DNA of 64,000 nucleotides from an uncultured Mailhella sp. (GTDB lineage Bacteria; Desulfobacterota; Desulfovibrionia; Desulfovibrionales; Desulfovibrionaceae): NCBI GenBank assembly GCA_964369835.1, contig CAYJGE010000001.1, positions 290 to 64,289 of the forward strand, read 5' to 3'. Shown piece by piece: positions 60,080 to 64,000 of this stretch (position 1 is its first letter; each line of letters starts with the position of its first letter). The notes under the pieces were generated by a model. It saw only the letters and a program-made list of their open reading frames with translations, ran no database searches and was not told where the DNA came from. The position numbers and the translations under genes were made by a program.

Positions 60080-63000
60080 ATGAAAGATCTAATTATTGTG
60101 GAGTCACCGGCTAAAGTCAAAACCATTAAGAAGTTTTTGGGTACTAAGTTTATGGTTCAGGCAAGTGTGGGGCATATCAGAGATCTACCACCAAAAGAAA
60201 TAGGGATTGATGAAAATACCTTTCAGCCTCACTATGTTACAATTCAAGGCAAGGAAAAAGTTGTCAATGATTTGCAAGAAGCAGCCGCCAAGGCAAATAT
60301 TGTTTACCTTGCACCCGACCCCGACCGTGAGGGCGAGGCCATTGCTTGGCATATTGCCGAAAGTATTAAATCCGTTGCCAAAAATATTAAACGTATTCAA
60401 TTTAACGAAATTACAGACAAGGCAGTCAGGGAAGCTTTAGCCCACCCAAGGGATATTGATCCTAATTTATTTGAAGCCCAACAAGCAAGGCGTGTGCTTG
60501 ACCGTTTGGTGGGTTATAAAATTTCTCCCTTATTATGGAAATCGGTCAAAAGGGGAATTTCTGCCGGCAGAGTACAATCTGTTGCGCTTCGTTTGGTGGT
60601 GGAAAGAGAAGAAGAGCGTCTTGCTTTTATACCTGAAGAGTTTTGGAATTTTAAAGCCTTTGTCAATGCCGACGGTAAATCTTTCAAACTTGATCTTGCC
60701 AAAATCAATCAGAAAAAAGCCCACATTGGCAATGAAGAAATGGCACTTGCCGTTGACAAGGCATTAAAAGGACAAGATTTTATCATTGAAAAGGTAGAAG
60801 AAAAGGAAAGAAGCCGTTCACCTGTTCCGCCCTTTACCACCTCAACCCTACAGCAATCTGCCAACCAAAGGCTTGGTTATTCTGCCAAAAGAACCATGAC
60901 CACAGCCCAAAAATTATACGAAGGAATTGACATTGAGGGGCAAGGAACTCTGGCTCTGATTACCTATATGAGAACAGATTCCGTGCGTATTGCAGGCGAA
61001 GCAATCACAGCCGCCACTGAATTTATTACCAATACCTATGGTGAAGAATATTGTGCGGCAGGAGGCAAAGGCAGAGTATTTAAGGGCAAAAAAAGTGCCC
61101 AAGATGCCCACGAAGCCATTCGCCCCATTGATGTTAATGTGGTGCCTGAGCAAATTAAACATGCCCTTACGCCTGAGCAATTTAAATTATATTCCTTGAT
61201 TTGGTCTCGTTTTGTGGCCTCTCAAATGGCTGCCGCTCGCTTTCACGATACAAATGTGACGGTTATTTGCGAAAACAAAAATATTGCCAATGATTTATCT
61301 GAACTTGAAAAAGAAATTTACCCTTTCCATTCAGGGTGGAAAGCCAAGGGAGAGCGTTTATTATTTCCCGGCTTTTTAAAAGTACTTAGTTCAACCGATG
61401 ACAAAGTTGAGGATTTACCGTCTTTAACTCAAGGTCAAAAACTGGGTCTTGAACAAATCACCAAGGAACAAAAATTCACCCAACCAAGCCCCCGTTATAC
61501 GGAAGCTTCCCTTGTGCGAGAACTTGAAGAAAAAGGAATTGGTCGTCCCTCAACCTATGCAGCCATCATTTCAACCATACAAGACAGGGAATATGTCAGA
61601 CTTGACAATAAACATTTTGTGCCAACCGATCTTGGAAATGTGGTTTGTTCCCAATTGAGGGATAATTTCCCAAGACTGATGAATGTGGATTTTACTGCCG
61701 ATATGGAAGAAAATTTGGATAAAGTTGCAGATGGTGAACTTGGGTGGGTCAACTTATTATCAGAATTTAATGTGGATTTTTCCCAAACCTTGGACAAGGC
61801 AGCCAAGGAAATGAAGGCTGTTAAAACAGGAATTGAAACCAATGTGCCTTGTCCAAAGTGTGAAAAATTATTAACCATAAAATTTGGCAAAAGCGGTGAA
61901 TTTTTGGCTTGTTCTGCCTATCCTGAATGTAAATTCACATCAAATTTCACAAGGGACGAAAGCGGAAATATTCAAATTCAAGCCGCCCCCGAATATGAGG
62001 CCGTTGCCACTTGCCCCAAATGCAGTGCCGATGTTATTTTGAAAAAGGCACGCACAGGCAGTCGCTTTTTGGCTTGTTCAAATTATCCAAAATGTGATTT
62101 TGCCGCTCCCTTTTCCACAGGCGTGAAATGCCCAAGATGTGAAGAAGGTGAACTTGTTGAAAAAAGTTCAAAAAAAGGTAAAATATTTTATTCCTGTCAT
62201 ACCTATCCAAAGTGTGATTATGCCCTATGGGACTACCCTGTTGCCAAGGCTTGCCCCCAATGTGAATCGCCCATTTTAGTAAAAAAATATAATAAAACAA
62301 AAGGTCATCACATTGCTTGCCCTGAAAAAAATTGCAAATTTACTTTTTTTGAAGATGAAGATTCCAATATTGTGGACATTGAAGATTCTCCAAAACAAAT
62401 CAGCTTGCTACAAATTGAAAGGCCTGCCAAAACCGAAAAAGTAACCGAAAAAAAGACAACAAAAAAGAAAAAAGCTGAGGATGAGTTGGACAATTCGGCA
62501 GAAAATTCAGAAGTTGCAGAAAATACCGACACAGAAAATACTGACAAGGAAAAAGCAAAGCCTAAAAAAAGAACTACAAAGGCTAAAAACACAGAAAATA
62601 CAGAAATTGAAAACATTAACGAACTTGAAAAAGTAGAAAAACCAAAAAAAACAAGTTCAAGAGCTAAAAAGACTAAAGATGTAGTTGAAAACTCGACAGA
62701 AATCTCAATGGCTGAATTTGAAAATGAAACATTGCCCGATAACTTAAAAAGAGTTAAAATTTTCACCGATGGTTCTTGCCTTGGCAATCCAGGCAGCGGT
62801 GCCTATGCCGCCATTTTGGATTTTGCAGGACAGCGCAAAGAGCTTGTGGGAGGATTTTCAAACACAACCAATAATCGCATGGAACTTATGGGAGTTATTG
62901 AGGGTTTAAATGCCCTAAAACAAGAATGTGCAGTGGAACTTTTTACCGATTCACAATATGTAGCCAAGGCAATCAATAATGGCTGGCTTGAAAATTGGAA

Positions 63001-63208
63001 AAAAAATGGCTGGCTTACCTCTCAAAAGAAACCTGTTAAAAATCAAGACTTATGGATAGATTTTGATAGAGCTGTTAATAAACATCATGTCAAATTTCAA
63101 TGGGTCAAAGGGCATGCCGGACATGCTGAGAATGAAAGATGTGATGAGCTTGCAAGGCAAGAAGCCGCAAAATCCGACTTACCCTTGGATAGCGGTTATA
63201 AACAATAA
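60080..63208 (+). CDS. topA: DNA topoisomerase I fused in frame to a C-terminal RNase HI domain
   Basis: Toprim/TopA core ([18 protein letters not shown]...), active-site region LITYMRTDS, four C4 zinc ribbons and a K/E-rich linker. From about 62750 it reads [21 protein letters not shown]...TNNRMEL...TDSQYV...[18 protein letters not shown], which is colinear with E. coli RnhA. The ORF is continuous. Confidence 0.85.
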   Translation: MKDLIIVESPAKVKTIKKFLGTKFMVQASVGHIRDLPPKEIGIDENTFQPHYVTIQGKEKVVNDLQEAAAKANIVYLAPDPDREGEAIAWHIAESIKSVAKNIKRIQFNEITDKAVREALAHPRDIDPNLFEAQQARRVLDRLVGYKISPLLWKSVKRGISAGRVQSVALRLVVEREEERLAFIPEEFWNFKAFVNADGKSFKLDLAKINQKKAHIGNEEMALAVDKALKGQDFIIEKVEEKERSRSPVPPFTTSTLQQSANQRLGYSAKRTMTTAQKLYEGIDIEGQGTLALITYMRTDSVRIAGEAITAATEFITNTYGEEYCAAGGKGRVFKGKKSAQDAHEAIRPIDVNVVPEQIKHALTPEQFKLYSLIWSRFVASQMAAARFHDTNVTVICENKNIANDLSELEKEIYPFHSGWKAKGERLLFPGFLKVLSSTDDKVEDLPSLTQGQKLGLEQITKEQKFTQPSPRYTEASLVRELEEKGIGRPSTYAAIISTIQDREYVRLDNKHFVPTDLGNVVCSQLRDNFPRLMNVDFTADMEENLDKVADGELGWVNLLSEFNVDFSQTLDKAAKEMKAVKTGIETNVPCPKCEKLLTIKFGKSGEFLACSAYPECKFTSNFTRDESGNIQIQAAPEYEAVATCPKCSADVILKKARTGSRFLACSNYPKCDFAAPFSTGVKCPRCEEGELVEKSSKKGKIFYSCHTYPKCDYALWDYPVAKACPQCESPILVKKYNKTKGHHIACPEKNCKFTFFEDEDSNIVDIEDSPKQISLLQIERPAKTEKVTEKKTTKKKKAEDELDNSAENSEVAENTDTENTDKEKAKPKKRTTKAKNTENTEIENINELEKVEKPKKTSSRAKKTKDVVENSTEISMAEFENETLPDNLKRVKIFTDGSCLGNPGSGAYAAILDFAGQRKELVGGFSNTTNNRMELMGVIEGLNALKQECAVELFTDSQYVAKAINNGWLENWKKNGWLTSQKKPVKNQDLWIDFDRAVNKHHVKFQWVKGHAGHAENERCDELARQEAAKSDLPLDSGYKQ

Positions 63209-63238
63209 AAAATTTAAGGAAAATTTGAGGAAGATTTG

Positions 63239-63931
63239 ATGAAAACAGTAGGTTTGATTGGTGGTGTCAGTTGTGAAAGCACCATTGTTTATTATAAATT
63301 ATTCAATGAGTTGATCAGACAAAAAATGGGCGGTTATAATTCTGCCAAGGTTTTGATTTATAGTGTTAATTTTGCAGATATTGAATATCATCACGACCAT
63401 GACGGCTGGGATATTTGTGCCCAAATCATGGGAGAGGCCGCCCAAAACCTTGAAAAAGGAGGTGCTGATTTTGTATTGATAGGTTCAAACACCATGCATA
63501 AAATAGCCCCCGAAATTCAAAAGCAAATCAATATCCCCGTCGTGCATATTGCCGACGCAACCATTGAAAAAATAAAAGAAAAAAATTTAAAAAAAGTTGC
63601 AATTCTTGGTACAAAATATAGTATGAACGGAGATCATCTTAAGGAAAAATACAATGCCGCCGGCATTGAAATTATGGCTCCCAAAGGAGATGACAATAAG
63701 TTTGTCAGCGATGTTGTTTATAAAGAGCTTTGCCTTGGAATTATTAACCCGGAGTCAAAAAAAGAATATTTGGAAATTATCAAAAGGTTACATCAAGACG
63801 GAGCAGAAGGTATTATTTTGGGCTGCACTGAAATATGTCTTTTGGTTAGTCAAGAAGATACAGACATACCAATTTTTGATACAACCTTTATTCATGCCGA
63901 AAAAGCTATAAATTTGTCCTTGGGTTTATAA
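63239..63931 (+). CDS. Aspartate/glutamate racemase-family protein
   Basis: LIGGVSCEST and GCTEICLL Cys motifs. The start is set at ATG 63239 (GAGGAAG upstream). Confidence 0.8.
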   Translation: MKTVGLIGGVSCESTIVYYKLFNELIRQKMGGYNSAKVLIYSVNFADIEYHHDHDGWDICAQIMGEAAQNLEKGGADFVLIGSNTMHKIAPEIQKQINIPVVHIADATIEKIKEKNLKKVAILGTKYSMNGDHLKEKYNAAGIEIMAPKGDDNKFVSDVVYKELCLGIINPESKKEYLEIIKRLHQDGAEGIILGCTEICLLVSQEDTDIPIFDTTFIHAEKAINLSLGL

Positions 63932-64000
63932 AAAACTTTGATAGCGAACGAAGCCCCTACCTTGTAAATGTGGCAGTTTTATTGCAAAAAAAAAGAGTAA

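Overview
This is a chromosomal window from a visibly AT-rich genome (GC judged by eye, not computed). The gene content looks Desulfovibrionaceae-like: dsrMKJOP, a Desulfovibrio-type ferredoxin and an H+-pyrophosphatase. A Lawsonia-like, host-associated lineage is only a guess. About 40 CDSs are mostly housekeeping: gadCB, uvrB/uvrC, ruvAB, thyX, glmS, gpsA, purL, argD, leuB, moaCA, thrC, kdsB and topA. I recognised no rRNA, tRNA, CRISPR array or transposase gene.

The unusual content is as follows.

1. Two homologous loci each carry a 23-30 aa hydrophobic peptide gene with its own promoter and SD. Each gene is convergent with a conserved, promoter-bearing, roughly 160-nt three-hairpin element. 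Hairpins with G.U pairs occur on both strands. I interpret these as an undescribed type I toxin-antitoxin-like family (34.4-34.8 kb and 56.4-57.0 kb).
2. A 949-aa Ser-rich-N-terminus protein has an internal ~170-aa duplication and a C-terminal Cys/His/Asp papain-fold-like domain. It is preceded by a sigma54-type promoter and followed by a CesT/SicP-like type III chaperone, so it is a candidate T3SS effector cassette.
3. TopA is fused in frame to a complete RNase HI domain.
4. The intergenic DNA is a mosaic of at least four repeat families. One is a MITE family with 8-10 bp target-site duplications and a nested insertion. Another is a ~335-nt structured element with compensatory stem changes.
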